The notes beneath the pieces were generated by a model. The model had not been told where the DNA came from and did not search any database. It saw only the letters and a list, made by a program, of their open reading frames with translations. A stretch of 64,000 nucleotides of DNA from Candidatus Dojkabacteria bacterium. GTDB lineage: Bacteria > Patescibacteriota > Dojkabacteria > B142 > OLB20. The stretch spans positions 5,359 to 69,358 of the forward strand of contig JBHHUN010000004.1 in NCBI GenBank assembly GCA_046753765.1, written 5' to 3'. The position numbers were made by a program, and so were the translations under genes. Of this stretch, positions 40,126-51,266 are shown in pieces. Positions within the stretch are counted from its first letter, which is position 1. Every line of letters starts with the position of its first letter.

Positions 40126-41067
40126 TTAGCTTGCAAATCCGATCTCATGCTCCTGCATGATCTCTTCAAGCTCAGTTAATGATTTCTGTCCCATTCCTCT
40201 GAAATTGCCAACCTCTTCGCGGGCTCTCTCACGTAGATCCTTAAGGTCTGTGATGCCTGCATTTAGGAGGGCATTGGTTAATCTAGTTGAAAGGTTCAGT
40301 TCGCTGATGAGAATCTTCTCCTCTTCTTCCTCAACCTGCTGCTCTTGTTGTAACATCTCCTCTGCAAGCTTTGAATCTCCACCAAGGATATCAACAAGCC
40401 GATTGGCAAGCTCGTCATATATCTCAGCTGCCTTGAGCAGTGTTTCAGAAGGAGCGACAGTGCCGTTTGTAATTACCTCTAGAGTAATCTGATCAAGGTT
40501 AGTATACTGACCCACGCGTGCCTGACCAATCTCAACTCTCACTCTCTTCACGGGGCTGAAAACAGAATCGATCGGAATTATTCCGATCTCTTTGCGTTTG
40601 CTTTCATCGGCGTATGAGTACCCAATTCCCTTTTCGAGAGTCAACTCAATGTTCAAATTGGTGTTCTTTGTCAAAGTTGCCACCTCAAGATCTTTGCTAA
40701 CAACCTCTACCTCACTCGGAACTTCAAAGTCACCAGCTTTAACGGTAAGTAAGTCACCCTTCTTACCCTTAACAGATAATTTCAGCACCTGAGGCTCATC
40801 TGTATGCATCTTAACTGCAAGCTCTTTAAGTTTCAGCAAGAGTGTAATTATATCTTCTTGCAAACCCTCAAGTGTGGAATACTCATGTTTTATACCATCA
40901 ATTTTGACTGCGGTAATTGCAGCACCCTCAATCGACGAGAGCAGTATTCTCCGAAGGGAATTTGCAAGCGTATGACCGAAACCTTTTGGTAAAGGCCCTA
41001 TCTCAAACACTCCTGAAGTATCGTTCTCTTCGATTATTTTTACCTTGAATTGGTCTAACTTGATCAT
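40126..41067 (-). CDS. rpoA: RNA polymerase alpha subunit
   Basis: PLPKGFGHTLANSLRRILLSS, IDSVFSPV, alpha-CTD NFRGMGQKS. Confidence 0.98.
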   Translation of the reverse strand: MIKLDQFKVKIIEENDTSGVFEIGPLPKGFGHTLANSLRRILLSSIEGAAITAVKIDGIKHEYSTLEGLQEDIITLLLKLKELAVKMHTDEPQVLKLSVKGKKGDLLTVKAGDFEVPSEVEVVSKDLEVATLTKNTNLNIELTLEKGIGYSYADESKRKEIGIIPIDSVFSPVKRVRVEIGQARVGQYTNLDQITLEVITNGTVAPSETLLKAAEIYDELANRLVDILGGDSKLAEEMLQQEQQVEEEEEKILISELNLSTRLTNALLNAGITDLKDLRERAREEVGNFRGMGQKSLTELEEIMQEHEIGFAS

Positions 41068-41095
41068 AATAATTAGACAGCAATAAATTTAAATA

Positions 41096-41680
41096 TTACC
41101 TAGAGTAAAGCTCGATAATCAGCTGTTCCCTAATTGACTGGTCAAGCATATCTCTAGTTGGCACACTTTTAACCTTTCCGGCTGAAAGCCATCCGGGGCG
41201 TGCCTCCTGTTTTGTTTCTGCTTTGACCGTTTTTGCGATGTCCGATTTTCCAAACTTCGGACCAAACTCTACCTCATCACCAACTGATACGCTGTACGAA
41301 GGTATATCAACTTTTTCGCCATTGACAGTAATATGTCCATGATTTACAAACTGTCTGGCTTGATTTCTTGTTTTTGCTAACCCGAGTCGGAAAGCAACGT
41401 TATCAAGTCTCATTTCGAGTAACTGAAGTAGCCTAGTACCTGTATTACCAGTTGCTTTGCTTGCCTTTTTGTATAGATTTCGAAACTGCTTCTCCATTAA
41501 CCCATAGGTTCTTTTTACCTTCTGCTTCTCTCTAAATTGTTGCGCATATTCTGATGGCCTGGACCTACTGACTGGATGCTCTCCAGGAAGAGTGGGTCTG
41601 CGTCGCCATTTTTCGTCACCAAAAACATCAGCATTTTCTCTTCTGCTGATCTTCCATTTTGGTCCTGTATATCTTGCCAT
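41096..41680 (-). CDS. rpsD: 30S ribosomal protein S4
   Basis: MARYTGP, LEMRLDN, ARQFVNHGH, IIELYSR. Confidence 0.98.
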   Translation of the reverse strand: MARYTGPKWKISRRENADVFGDEKWRRRPTLPGEHPVSRSRPSEYAQQFREKQKVKRTYGLMEKQFRNLYKKASKATGNTGTRLLQLLEMRLDNVAFRLGLAKTRNQARQFVNHGHITVNGEKVDIPSYSVSVGDEVEFGPKFGKSDIAKTVKAETKQEARPGWLSAGKVKSVPTRDMLDQSIREQLIIELYSR

Positions 41681-41717
41681 TTTTCAAAATCGTCTAAATA
41701 CTAATTATGCTTGCTAT

Positions 41718-42158
41718 TTAAGATCCTCGCGGTTTCTTTCGCGGGGATACCCCTCCGTGAGGAAGTGGTGTGTGATCAGACAGCGATGTAATCCTGAGCC
41801 CTGCTGAACGAAGTCCTTTCACGGCTGCCTGACGACCGAGCCCAGTACCTTTGATAATTACATTAGCCTGCTTGACACCAAATTTCTGTGCCTTCATTAC
41901 TGCATCCTCAGCTGCCCTTGTCGCAGCGTATGAAGTACTCTTTCTTGAGCCGGTAAAACCGACAACACCCGGACTGCTCCACGTGAGTACCATTCCTGCC
42001 TGGTCTGCTACAGAAATTATCGTATTGTTGTAACTCGATTTAATATAGAAAGTTGCCTTTTGAACTTGTATCTTCTTTTTCTTCTTCTTAGAGACAGCTT
42101 TACCCCTTTCTTTCTTCTTACCGTCTTTCTTTGATTTTTTATCTTTCTTTTTTGCCAT
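41718..42158 (-). CDS. rpsK: 30S ribosomal protein S11
   Basis: SYNNTII, GFTGSRKST, DHTPLPHGG. Confidence 0.97.
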   Translation of the reverse strand: MAKKKDKKSKKDGKKKERGKAVSKKKKKKIQVQKATFYIKSSYNNTIISVADQAGMVLTWSSPGVVGFTGSRKSTSYAATRAAEDAVMKAQKFGVKQANVIIKGTGLGRQAAVKGLRSAGLRITSLSDHTPLPHGGVSPRKKPRGS

Positions 42159-42165
42159 TATTTAT

Positions 42166-42546
42166 TTATGTCTTTTCAATCTTTCGTTTAAGACCACCAA
42201 CAGCAATGTTTTTACCTTTTCTGGTAATTGCGTTAGTTCTTGTACGCTGGCCCCTTACAGGCAATCCAAGCTTGTGCCTTACCCCTCTATAGGTACGAAT
42301 ATCCTTGAGCCTTTTTATATTTCGAAAGACTGTCTGCTTAAGTTCGCCCTCGAGTACCATTCCAGAAAGTACATTCGCTATTCTTTTCACTTCCGCTGCT
42401 TTCAGCTCATTCACTCTTATGTCAGGCTTCACATTTGCCTGTAGAAGCACTTTATTAGAGGTAGGAACACCAACACCATATATATACGTTAGCGCTATCT
42501 CAACTCTCTTGTTATCTGGTAGGTCTACACCTGCAATTCTTGCCAT
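42166..42546 (-). CDS. rpsM: 30S ribosomal protein S13
   Basis: MARIAGVDLP, GLPVRGQRTRTNA. Confidence 0.98.
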   Translation of the reverse strand: MARIAGVDLPDNKRVEIALTYIYGVGVPTSNKVLLQANVKPDIRVNELKAAEVKRIANVLSGMVLEGELKQTVFRNIKRLKDIRTYRGVRHKLGLPVRGQRTRTNAITRKGKNIAVGGLKRKIEKT

Positions 42547-42554
42547 AAGTTTTT

Positions 42555-42686
42555 TTATCCCTGCCTTTGTTTGTGACGGGGGTTTCTTTTACAATAAATA
42601 TAAACTACTCTTTTGCCTTTGGCATTTCGCCTTTTGACAACGTAACAGTGTTCGCATCTTGTTTTCGCTGAAGCTTTTACTTTCAT
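42555..42686 (-). CDS. rpmJ: 50S ribosomal protein L36 (not in ORF track)
   Basis: Manual translation [43 protein letters not shown]. Confidence 0.95.
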   Translation of the reverse strand: MKVKASAKTRCEHCYVVKRRNAKGKRVVYIYCKRNPRHKQRQG

Positions 42687-42688
42687 TA

Positions 42689-42922
42689 TTAGTATCTGTA
42701 TGTAATTCTTCCTTTAGTAAGATCATAAGGTGTCATCACCACCTCAACCTCATCGCCGACCTGTAACTTGATATAGTGCATCCTCATCTTTCCGGAGATA
42801 TACCCCATAATCTCATGTTCGTTGCCCTGCAGCTCTATCCCAACCCTAAACTTTGTTCCAGGTAGTGTTTCGAGGACTTTGCCTCTTACCTTGAACGTTT
42901 TTTTAGGGTCAACCACAGCCAT
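42689..42922 (-). CDS. infA: Translation initiation factor IF-1
   Basis: [31 protein letters not shown]; ATG at 42922. Confidence 0.97.
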   Translation of the reverse strand: MAVVDPKKTFKVRGKVLETLPGTKFRVGIELQGNEHEIMGYISGKMRMHYIKLQVGDEVEVVMTPYDLTKGRITYRY

Positions 42923-43018
42923 GCCTTTACGACTACTATTTATAAATAACACACGAAATGGCGCTACAGAAGCGCTGTTTGATTATAACAGATGGATTCT
43001 ATCTGTACAACAAAGGAT

Positions 43019-43771
43019 CTATTTAATTGTCAATATCTCAGGTGAATTATCCTTCACCAAAACAGTGTGTTCAAAAATCGCTGAACGTTTTCCATCAATC
43101 GTTCTTGTTGTCCAACCATCGTCCTCAAAGATTAAGTCGCTTTCACCCTCATTAATCATCGCCTCAATTGCTAGAATCATTCCATCTTTCAACTTTGTTC
43201 CTTTACCGGGGTCACCGAAGCAAGGAATAGCCGGCTCTTCATGTAGTTTCTTACCGATACCGTGTCCTGTCATCACCGTTATTACGGAGAAGCCCGCAAG
43301 AATTGCAATCTGTTCAATGGCATTTCCAATGTCTCCCGTTGTATTTCCGTCTAACGCCTGTTTTATTCCTGCCAGTAAAGCCAGTTTAGTTGTTTTTATT
43401 AGTTTGTCCCCCTCATTGTCAATTTCACCAACACCAAACGTACATGCATGATCCGAATATAGCCCCTGATGCTTAATCCCCATGTCGATACTAATCAGGT
43501 CGCCGGCCTTTAAAACCTCTTTATCAGAAGGGATACCATGAACGGCAATATCATCTAATCCTACGCACAAAGTTGCTGGGAAGTCATTATACCCCAGAAA
43601 CGCCGGCTCAACATTATTTTTTTTACAAAGATCGTTCGCTATTTCATCCAGTAATGCGGTTGATACTCCTGGCTTCACGTTGGAAGCTATCTCGTCCATG
43701 ATACCTGCCAGAATTTTCCCCGCTGACCTCATGATCTCAACCTCATTTTTTTGTTTAATAGTCGGTGCCAT
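43019..43771 (-). CDS. map: Methionine aminopeptidase type I
   Basis: VHGIP, GDLISIDMG, GHGIG..LHEEP, SAIFEHTV. Confidence 0.97.
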   Translation of the reverse strand: MAPTIKQKNEVEIMRSAGKILAGIMDEIASNVKPGVSTALLDEIANDLCKKNNVEPAFLGYNDFPATLCVGLDDIAVHGIPSDKEVLKAGDLISIDMGIKHQGLYSDHACTFGVGEIDNEGDKLIKTTKLALLAGIKQALDGNTTGDIGNAIEQIAILAGFSVITVMTGHGIGKKLHEEPAIPCFGDPGKGTKLKDGMILAIEAMINEGESDLIFEDDGWTTRTIDGKRSAIFEHTVLVKDNSPEILTIK

Positions 43772-45256
43772 TTACTTGTACTGATCGTAGCTGCTTGTAA
43801 CAGTGAGCGCTTTCATCTGCCGGAATGTATCCAAACTGACTCCAACGATAATCAGGATACTGGTACCTCCAATTCCACTTATAAGCGTCAGATGTGACCC
43901 CTGAGGCGTAAGCCTGATTAGATTTGGAATAATAGCAATGATAGCTAGAAAGAAACTTCCCACTACCGTTAGTCGTATCAGTACATGCGTAATATATTTT
44001 TGGGTAGCCATACCTGGGCGGAGTCCGGGTATGAAACCTCCGCTCTTCTTAAGGTTGTCAGCTGTCTCACTTGGTTTATAGGTAACAAATGTATAAAAGA
44101 ATGTAAAAGCAACTATCAACACAAAAAATGTAGCAAAATATTTAAAATTATCTTCAGGGCTTAAACTGCCAAGGTTTACACCAAGAAATGAGTTATTAAT
44201 TGAATTTCCGATCTGGTATAGAAATGAATTCGGGTCGGCAGAACTTAAAAAGAACTGCGAGACTATCTGTGGAAAACTTAGTAAGGCCGAAGCAAAAATT
44301 ACTGGTATAACGCCAGCCTGATTAATCTTAAGTGGAAGGTAACTGCTCTGCACTCCCTCTGCTCCACGAAACCTCCTGGCATACTGAATAGTTATCTTTC
44401 TAACCGCTTCAGTCACATAAACAATTCCGGCAACCAGTGCGGCAAACCCGAGAATCACAAGATAAATGAGCACAAAATTCTCATTAATTAAAACATTAAA
44501 GTTTCCCTGCGCAAGCAGCGAAAAATCATTAGCCAAAAAGGCGAAGTCTCTGGAGATTAGCCCCGGCAGAGATGTCAAAATACTGATGGTGATCAGGATG
44601 GATATACCATTTCCGATACCATTCTCTGTAATAAGCTCTCCAAGCCACATCAGCAAGATACTACCAGCTGTAAGTGCAGTAATCATTGTGAGTACCTCGA
44701 AATTTGAAATGTTATCAACTATTCCTGCTAACTCTGGAACGGTAGACCCAACGTTTCGCAGTATTGTTAAGATCACGAAACCCTGAACTATGCTGAGTGG
44801 CACAGTAAGAAACCTCGTATACTGATTAATAACTTTTCTACCACGTTCACCTTCCTTGGATAACTCTTCAAGTTTTGGAATTACGGTCTGCAACAACTGA
44901 ATAATAATAGATGCATTAATATATGCTCCCAGTCCGATCGCCATCAGGGACGGATTATCAAGTCTCCCACCGGTAACCAAGGTGAACAGATTTGTCAGGG
45001 GATTACCACCAAATACCTCGGTAAAAAGTGTTACGTCTATCCCCGGAAGCGGAACAGATGCAAGAATTCTGTAAACAACGATAATTCCGAATGTAAATAT
45101 CAGCTTCTTTCGAATTTCTGGACTACGGAGGGAATCGAAAAGACTTGTTGATGGAGCTGCCTCTGCAGCCTTTTTTGAGACTTTTCGACCTGCCCTTCTG
45201 AGTAACCCTAATGGAGATGTTAGCAGTTTTACAGATTTGCTGAGCGTTTTCTTCAT
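43772..45256 (-). CDS. secY: Preprotein translocase subunit SecY
   Basis: YINASIIIQLL, GIGNGIS, AGVIPVIFA, FIPGLRPG, GGTSILI. Confidence 0.98.
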   Translation of the reverse strand: MKKTLSKSVKLLTSPLGLLRRAGRKVSKKAAEAAPSTSLFDSLRSPEIRKKLIFTFGIIVVYRILASVPLPGIDVTLFTEVFGGNPLTNLFTLVTGGRLDNPSLMAIGLGAYINASIIIQLLQTVIPKLEELSKEGERGRKVINQYTRFLTVPLSIVQGFVILTILRNVGSTVPELAGIVDNISNFEVLTMITALTAGSILLMWLGELITENGIGNGISILITISILTSLPGLISRDFAFLANDFSLLAQGNFNVLINENFVLIYLVILGFAALVAGIVYVTEAVRKITIQYARRFRGAEGVQSSYLPLKINQAGVIPVIFASALLSFPQIVSQFFLSSADPNSFLYQIGNSINNSFLGVNLGSLSPEDNFKYFATFFVLIVAFTFFYTFVTYKPSETADNLKKSGGFIPGLRPGMATQKYITHVLIRLTVVGSFFLAIIAIIPNLIRLTPQGSHLTLISGIGGTSILIIVGVSLDTFRQMKALTVTSSYDQYK

Positions 45257-45726
45257 GTTTGTTTTGCCGACAGTGTTTTTATGCTCCCACCCTTTGCCTC
45301 AATCATCTTTTTTGCATTTTCAGAGACCGGAATTCCGTCTACAGTAAGCTTTTTTGTAATTTTTCCTTTAGCAAGGATCTTTATGCTGTTGGTTTTACTT
45401 CTAGATCTTATGACCCCCTTCTCTATAAGACTCGAGATATCAATGGTCTCACCAGAGGCATACATCTCGTTTAGATCCCCAACATTTACAACGGTTGGAT
45501 TTACCCTTGCCATGAAGTACCCCCTTCTGAAGCCTTTAAGCTTGGGTATCCTTCTTGATAGAGGCATAGCTCCCCCCTCAAACCCTCTTCGGGCTGGCTT
45601 GTATCCCGATCTTGATTTCTGACCTTTCTGACCCCGGCCTACTGTGTGCCCCCCCTTTGCTGAACCATAGCCACGACCAATTCTCTTAGATTTCCTAGTT
45701 TTTATTTTCGGTAGATTATTTAGCAT
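45253..45726 (-). CDS. rplO: 50S ribosomal protein L15
   Basis: RIGRGYGS, GRGQKGQKSR, GFEGG. Confidence 0.97.
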   Translation of the reverse strand: MLNNLPKIKTRKSKRIGRGYGSAKGGHTVGRGQKGQKSRSGYKPARRGFEGGAMPLSRRIPKLKGFRRGYFMARVNPTVVNVGDLNEMYASGETIDISSLIEKGVIRSRSKTNSIKILAKGKITKKLTVDGIPVSENAKKMIEAKGGSIKTLSAKQT

Positions 45727-46309
45727 TTTTTCGTTTGTATCCTTTGAGTAAACTTAGTGCCTCAACAGTTGCATATACATTCGAAATGGCGTTTGGTGTT
45801 CCAATCGATTTAGTTAGGATATCTTTTACACCAACCAACTCCAACACTGCTCGCATCGAACCGCCTGCTATTACACCAGTACCGGGAGCTGCTGGTTTCA
45901 TAAAAATTCTGGCAGCACCGTGTTTGTAATCAATTCTGTGGGGTATTGTTGTACCCTTGAGGTTGATGTCTTTCATGTTCTTCTTTGCTGTGTTGTATGC
46001 TTTCTGCTCTGCAGATCTTACATCCGTTCCTTTACCAAGACCTACTCCGACCTTTCCTTTTTTGTCACCAACAACTACGAGCACACTCAGTCTCATACGT
46101 TTACCACCAGAATACGTTCTGGAGACACGTCTTATGGAAACGATCTTCTTATCAAGACCGTCTTCGTTGTTGCGATTTCTATCTCGTCTTTGCCCGCGCC
46201 CTCTTCCACCAGGTTTGTTGCCCCTCGATCTTTGACCTTGCGTTCTACGACTAGGTGAGCCTTTTGCTACGTTCGTATTGGTTTTTGGGTTTGATTTTGC
46301 TTCAGCCAT
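45716..46309 (-). CDS. rpsE: 30S ribosomal protein S5
   Basis: GKVGVGLGKG, PAAPGTGVIAGG. Confidence 0.97.
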   Translation of the reverse strand: MAEAKSNPKTNTNVAKGSPSRRTQGQRSRGNKPGGRGRGQRRDRNRNNEDGLDKKIVSIRRVSRTYSGGKRMRLSVLVVVGDKKGKVGVGLGKGTDVRSAEQKAYNTAKKNMKDINLKGTTIPHRIDYKHGAARIFMKPAAPGTGVIAGGSMRAVLELVGVKDILTKSIGTPNAISNVYATVEALSLLKGYKRKNAK

Positions 46310-46318
46310 AATTATTTA

Positions 46319-46663
46319 TTAAAACTTGAGTCCTCCCTCTCTGGCGGCTTCTGCCAGTGATTTAACCCTGCCATGGAATTTGTATCCATTTCGATCAAAT
46401 ACAACCTTTGATATTTTTTTGGTTTTTGCTTTTTTAGCAAGTTCGCTACCTACTGCTTTTGCCATATCTGACTTTGCACCCTTTGTTTTCATCTTCACAT
46501 CGGAGGCCTGCACCAGAGTCTTACCGCTCTCATCATCAACCAGTTGGGCGTATATATGGTTGTTTGATCTAAAGACACTTAAACGTGGTCTGCCTGCTTT
46601 GCCGGATATGACCCCCCTTACCTTTCTTTTCCTTCTGTGTCTGTTTATCTGTTTTTTTAACAT
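46319..46663 (-). CDS. rplR: 50S ribosomal protein L18
   Basis: [23 protein letters not shown]. Confidence 0.98.
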   Translation of the reverse strand: MLKKQINRHRRKRKVRGVISGKAGRPRLSVFRSNNHIYAQLVDDESGKTLVQASDVKMKTKGAKSDMAKAVGSELAKKAKTKKISKVVFDRNGYKFHGRVKSLAEAAREGGLKF

Positions 46664-47229
46664 TATTCTGTCGTGATATTTGCTTTACCTGATTTGCGTC
46701 TGATTTGTTCGCCTGCATATCTGATACCTTTACCTTTGTACGGTTCGGGCTTCCTAAGAGCCCTGATCTCCGCAGCTACCTGCCCAACTCTTTGTTTATC
46801 AATGCCTGTTACAACAATTGTATTCTGGTCAGCCATGGCTACCTTTACGTCGGCAGGCGGTTCGAAATTTACCTGATGGCTAAAACCCAAATTTAACTCA
46901 ATCCCCTCACCTTTTTGAGCACCTCTGTAACCCACACCGTGAATCTCCAGTTTTTTTTCATATCCATCATTTACTCCCTGGATCATGTTCGCAATCAGCG
47001 TCCTATACAACCCGTGAAACCCCTTTGAGCTTATCTCATCGTTTTTTCTTGTTACTTCAACCTTACCGTCGGTGGCAGAAATAGTTACTCCTTTATTTAT
47101 CGATTGCGTGAGCTCTCCCTGTGTCCCCTTTACAGTCACGGTCTGATTACCAAAGGTGCCACCTTTTTCAACCGTAATAGTGATTTTACTGCTATCGTAT
47201 TCAATTGGCATTTGTCCAACTTTTGACAT
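46663..47229 (-). CDS. rplF: 50S ribosomal protein L6
   Basis: MSKVG start, [16 protein letters not shown]. Confidence 0.98.
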   Translation of the reverse strand: MSKVGQMPIEYDSSKITITVEKGGTFGNQTVTVKGTQGELTQSINKGVTISATDGKVEVTRKNDEISSKGFHGLYRTLIANMIQGVNDGYEKKLEIHGVGYRGAQKGEGIELNLGFSHQVNFEPPADVKVAMADQNTIVVTGIDKQRVGQVAAEIRALRKPEPYKGKGIRYAGEQIRRKSGKANITTE

Positions 47230-47231
47230 GT

Positions 47232-47633
47232 TTACCAGATCATACACAGGTATTCGCCACCGACCCGCTCGGTGATCGCCTGCTTATCAGTTAATATACC
47301 TTTTGGCGTGGAATAAATTCCGATACCAATGTTATTCAGCACAGGTTTTATATTTCTGTAGGCAACATACTTTCTCAATCCTGGTCTCGACACTCTTTTG
47401 AGCCTGGAGACAACCGGCTTACCGTTTTCGTCATATTTCAATTGAATTCGGATGTTGTCAACAACACTTTCATCGTCTTTTTCAATCTTGTACTCACCAA
47501 TGTATCCCTCCTCTTTGAGAATCTTCACTATTGATTCCAGCATTTTGCTTGTAGGGACAACGACCTCGTCATGAGACCTCATGGTTGCATTTCTTATTCT
47601 TGTTAGTAGATCAGCTATTGGATCGCTTACCAT
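47232..47633 (-). CDS. rpsH: 30S ribosomal protein S8
   Basis: DPIADLLTRIRNA, SRPGLR, GGE. Confidence 0.98.
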   Translation of the reverse strand: MVSDPIADLLTRIRNATMRSHDEVVVPTSKMLESIVKILKEEGYIGEYKIEKDDESVVDNIRIQLKYDENGKPVVSRLKRVSRPGLRKYVAYRNIKPVLNNIGIGIYSTPKGILTDKQAITERVGGEYLCMIW

Positions 47634-47649
47634 TGTTGTTTTCTAATAA

Positions 47650-47844
47650 TTACCAGGATGCTTTCCGAACTCCTGGGATGTCTCCTGCGTGAGCCCTCTT
47701 TCGAAGACAGATACGACATAATTTAAATAGCCTGTTGTAACCACGCGCTCGACCACATATCTCACAGCGATTAAATACCCTCGACGAATATTTCGATTTT
47801 CTCTTCAGTTTTCTTGATTTTGCTTCCTGTGCGTCTGTTGACAT
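47650..47844 (-). CDS. rpsN: 30S ribosomal protein S14, zinc-binding type
   Basis: RCEICGR...LCRICLR...PGVRKASW. Confidence 0.97.
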   Translation of the reverse strand: MSTDAQEAKSRKLKRKSKYSSRVFNRCEICGRARGYNRLFKLCRICLRKRAHAGDIPGVRKASW

Positions 47845-47846
47845 AG

Positions 47847-48401
47847 TTATTTCTTTTTAAAAGGCATCCCGAGTTTAGTCAGTAGCTTTCTCGCTTCCTC
47901 ATCATTAGTTGCGGACGTGCAGATGATTATCTGCAGCCCTCTAAGTTTACTTACTTTGGTTGCGTCTACCTCAGGGAAAACAGTATGTTCACTTACTCCT
48001 AGAGCATAATTACCTCTTTTGTCAAATGAGTTCAGCGGGACACCTCTGAAATCTTTTATTCTAGGCAATGCCAGTGTTATTAATCTATCAAGGAAGTACC
48101 ACATCATATCTCTTCGGAGCGTTACCTTCAATCCAATTGGTTGATCCTCCCTGATTTTAAAGTTCGAGATCGCCTGCTTTGCCTTTGTGGCCACAGGGCG
48201 CTGACCTGTGATAAGGGCAATATCCCTGGACATATCCTCGATTATTCCACTGTCATCCTTTGCCTCACCAAGTCCCGAGTTAACGATAATTTTAGTAACA
48301 ATAGGGACAGCCATCACGTTATCAAGCTTGAGCTCTTTTTGAAGCTCCGGTTTTACTTCATCTTCGTATTTCGTCTGTAGTCTTGATTTATCCTTGGCCA
48401 T
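47847..48401 (-). CDS. rplE: 50S ribosomal protein L5
   Basis: [20 protein letters not shown]. Confidence 0.98.
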   Translation of the reverse strand: MAKDKSRLQTKYEDEVKPELQKELKLDNVMAVPIVTKIIVNSGLGEAKDDSGIIEDMSRDIALITGQRPVATKAKQAISNFKIREDQPIGLKVTLRRDMMWYFLDRLITLALPRIKDFRGVPLNSFDKRGNYALGVSEHTVFPEVDATKVSKLRGLQIIICTSATNDEEARKLLTKLGMPFKKK

Positions 48402-48712
48402 TATTTATCTAGTTTCGTTTTAGTACTTTTGGCGATCCTGACTTTTACCCCCTTCTCGATTAGGTATCCCACTCTTGAAGGTTTGTTTGATTTCGGGTCG
48501 ATCACCATCACATTTGATACATGAACAGGTGCCTCAAATTCGAAAATCCCACCAGGCTTTTCTTGCCCCTGACTTTTCTGATGCTTTTTTACCTTGTTAA
48601 CCCCCTCGACAACAACCCTTTGGTCTCGCGAGAATACCTGCGTTACCTTACCAGTCTTGCCGCGATCTTTGCCTGATATTACTTTGACTGTGTCTCCCTG
48701 TTTTATCTTCAT
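48401..48712 (-). CDS. rplX: 50S ribosomal protein L24
   Basis: [23 protein letters not shown]. Confidence 0.98.
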   Translation of the reverse strand: MKIKQGDTVKVISGKDRGKTGKVTQVFSRDQRVVVEGVNKVKKHQKSQGQEKPGGIFEFEAPVHVSNVMVIDPKSNKPSRVGYLIEKGVKVRIAKSTKTKLDK

Positions 48713-48713
48713 C

Positions 48714-49097
48714 TTATATTACTTCTGGCGCTAAACTTACAATTTTATTAAACCCTTTATCCCTGAGCTCTCTTGCGATTGGACCAAAGATGCGTGTCGC
48801 CTTTGGGTCTCTTTTCTCTTTGTCGATAATTACTGCGGCATTATCATCAAAACGGATGTAAGAGCCATCTTTTCTTCTGATTTCTTTGCGGGTTCTTACA
48901 ATTACTGCATGCACGATCTCCCCCTGAGAGTAGTTGCTGTTTGGTAGGACCCTTTTAACTGAAGCACTCACAATGTCTCCAACTCTACCAAACTTCTGGT
49001 ACATCCCGCCTTTTTTGCGTCCCAACACCTGAATTACCATAATTTCTCTGGCTCCGCTGTTGTCTGCTACGTTTATTCTCGAGAGTACCTGTACCAT
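48714..49097 (-). CDS. rplN: 50S ribosomal protein L14
   Basis: [27 protein letters not shown]. Confidence 0.98.
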   Translation of the reverse strand: MVQVLSRINVADNSGAREIMVIQVLGRKKGGMYQKFGRVGDIVSASVKRVLPNSNYSQGEIVHAVIVRTRKEIRRKDGSYIRFDDNAAVIIDKEKRDPKATRIFGPIARELRDKGFNKIVSLAPEVI

Positions 49098-49384
49098 TAC
49101 TTCCGCTCCACTTTCTGGGTAAAGTAAAAGGACTTATTCCGGCTTACAGGCTTCCCCTCTTCCATAAGTACTTCATCACCTACTTTGACACTTTCATCTT
49201 CACAGTGGACGTTGTATCTCTTGTGACTCTTCACGATCTTCTTATAGAGCGGATGCGCAAATTTTATTTCAACTCTTACAACAATCGTTTTCTCTTGCTT
49301 TGTGCTTACAACTATACCCTGCAACCTTTTTGGGATTGTCGTTGATTTCTCTGATTCAGTTTTTTCGCTTTTTTTTGTAGCCAT
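49097..49384 (-). CDS. rpsQ: 30S ribosomal protein S17
   Basis: GIVVS, HPLYKK, KPVSRNK. Confidence 0.96.
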   Translation of the reverse strand: MATKKSEKTESEKSTTIPKRLQGIVVSTKQEKTIVVRVEIKFAHPLYKKIVKSHKRYNVHCEDESVKVGDEVLMEEGKPVSRNKSFYFTQKVERK

Positions 49385-49386
49385 CG

Positions 49387-49728
49387 TTATTTTTTATCAA
49401 CTTTCTTTTTACTACCTTTCTTTTTACTACCTTTCTTTGTTTTCGCTTGGGGCTTAGTGATTTTACCAGATTTAACTGACTTATTGCTATCCTTTGGCTG
49501 CTTTACCATGGATTTTTTCGCTTTAAGTTTTACCCCTTTACCAAAATCACCTGCGTGCAGCACAGTTATAATCCGTGCTAACTCTTTTCTTCGTTTCCGT
49601 CTAACTGCATAATTAGTCTCCTGGCCTGTTTTAAGCTCTAAATTGAGTTCAACCATCTCAATCTGCTTTTCCTGGAGTCTTTTTTCTAGCTCTTCTTTTG
49701 TAAGTTTTCTAAGATCTTTTGCTTTCAT
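49387..49728 (-). CDS. rpmC: 50S ribosomal protein L29 with Lys-rich C-terminal extension
   Basis: MKAKDLR...RKELARIITV; position in the S10 operon. Confidence 0.92.
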   Translation of the reverse strand: MKAKDLRKLTKEELEKRLQEKQIEMVELNLELKTGQETNYAVRRKRRKELARIITVLHAGDFGKGVKLKAKKSMVKQPKDSNKSVKSGKITKPQAKTKKGSKKKGSKKKVDKK

Positions 49729-50141
49729 TAGAGATTCTCCCTGCTGATTAATTTGGTTCTGACCGGCAACTTCTGTGCGGCTTTACGCAATGCTTCTCTG
49801 GCAACATCACCATCTATACCACCGAGTTCAAAAATTACCCTCCCAGGCTTAACAACAGCCACATAGCCCTCAACATCACCTTTCCCTTTGCCCATCCTGA
49901 CTTCAGCCGGTTTCTTAGTGTAGGGCTTGTGTGGAAAGATCCTGATCCATAACTTCCCTTTTCTCTTCATTTCACGCACAATCACCTTTCTTGCTGCCTC
50001 TATCTGTCTGCCATTTACCCAGCTGCGATCAATCGACTGTAGTGCATAATCGCCTACCGAAATCTGATTTCCCCTGGTCGCATTACCATGCATCTTGCCT
50101 CTAAACTCTTTTCTGTATTTTGTATTTTTTGGTTGCAGCAT
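49728..50141 (-). CDS. rplP: 50S ribosomal protein L16
   Basis: MLQPK, WIRIFP, RMGKGKG. Confidence 0.98.
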   Translation of the reverse strand: MLQPKNTKYRKEFRGKMHGNATRGNQISVGDYALQSIDRSWVNGRQIEAARKVIVREMKRKGKLWIRIFPHKPYTKKPAEVRMGKGKGDVEGYVAVVKPGRVIFELGGIDGDVAREALRKAAQKLPVRTKLISRENL

Positions 50142-50158
50142 AGTTTATTGGTTTATTA

Positions 50159-50809
50159 TTATTCGGCCTCTTCAATAGAAGCCTTCTCACCAAGGTGTAC
50201 CCACACCTTGATACCGTGCTTTCCGGCATTTGGAACTACAGCCTCAACAAAAGCGTAGTCGATATCTGCTCTTAGGGTGTGCAACGGAACAGATCCCCAC
50301 TGTGCTTTCTCTCTTCTGGCAATCTCCGCACCTTTGATCCGACCGCTAACCCAGATTCGGATCCCTTTTACTATTCCAGAGTTTTTAGCGTTTTCAATTT
50401 CTCTCATCATCGCATACTTTGGAACGATCCTTCTGGTAATCTGATTTTTAATGTTATCTGCAATCAATCTTGCTAGTGCTTCAGGTCTTTTGACCTCAAA
50501 GATCTTTAGCTCAACATCCCCTTTTACCATTCTAGTAACCTGCTTTTTTAGCTGCTCAATACTTGCCCCACCCCTACCGATAACAACACCCGGTCTTGCA
50601 ACAGTTACCTCAATAAGCACTTTGTTCATCGAGCGTTTGATGCGAACTGTATTAACTCCAGCAGACTGAAGTTTTTCTCGAATGAATTCACGGACTTTTA
50701 TATCTTCAAGCAATGCATCAGCAAACTGAGCTTTAGGTGCATACCATACTGAGTTCCATCCTTTGTTTACTCCAAGTCTGAATCCGTGTGGGTTTACTTT
50801 TTGTCCCAT
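50159..50809 (-). CDS. rpsC: 30S ribosomal protein S3
   Basis: MGQKVNPHGFRLG, VPLHTLRADIDY. Confidence 0.98.
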   Translation of the reverse strand: MGQKVNPHGFRLGVNKGWNSVWYAPKAQFADALLEDIKVREFIREKLQSAGVNTVRIKRSMNKVLIEVTVARPGVVIGRGGASIEQLKKQVTRMVKGDVELKIFEVKRPEALARLIADNIKNQITRRIVPKYAMMREIENAKNSGIVKGIRIWVSGRIKGAEIARREKAQWGSVPLHTLRADIDYAFVEAVVPNAGKHGIKVWVHLGEKASIEEAE

Positions 50810-50811
50810 AA

Positions 50812-51264
50812 TTATTTTTTATTTTCTTTAGATTTAGATTTTACCGGCGCTTTTTTTGTTTTGCTTTTTGGGGCCGCTTTCTTCTTCCGAGCTGTTTTAT
50901 TCTTCGGAGTTGAGCTCTCTGTGGTCTTTTGCTCACTGACACCAATTGTTACATGGCTGTTACGCTTTAATATCTGGTGATATCGTCCCCTTGAGACAGC
51001 TCGACCACGACGGAATGTAGGCGCCTCATTTACATATGCTTCCACAACCACCAGCTTTGATTTGTCCATCTCTTTGTTGTTTGTTGCATTAGCGACTGCC
51101 GACTTTAGTACCTTTCCGATCTCGAGTGCTGAGCTTTTCTTGCTGAAACGCAAGATATGAGAAGCCTCCTCGGTGTTCTTTCCGCGAATCATATCTATAA
51201 CTAGACGCGCCTTTTGAGGTGACCTTCTTACGTATTTAGCTGTCGCGTAGACTATATCCGCCAT
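50812..51264 (-). CDS. rplV: 50S ribosomal protein L22
   Basis: SPQKARLVIDMIRG, SAVANA. Confidence 0.97.
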   Translation of the reverse strand: MADIVYATAKYVRRSPQKARLVIDMIRGKNTEEASHILRFSKKSSALEIGKVLKSAVANATNNKEMDKSKLVVVEAYVNEAPTFRRGRAVSRGRYHQILKRNSHVTIGVSEQKTTESSTPKNKTARKKKAAPKSKTKKAPVKSKSKENKK

Positions 51265-51266
51265 AA

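Noticed and set aside
45716-45726. Absence of rpmD (L30) as a novelty
   Set aside because: This is an established general feature of CPR bacteria; it was used only as a taxonomic clue.
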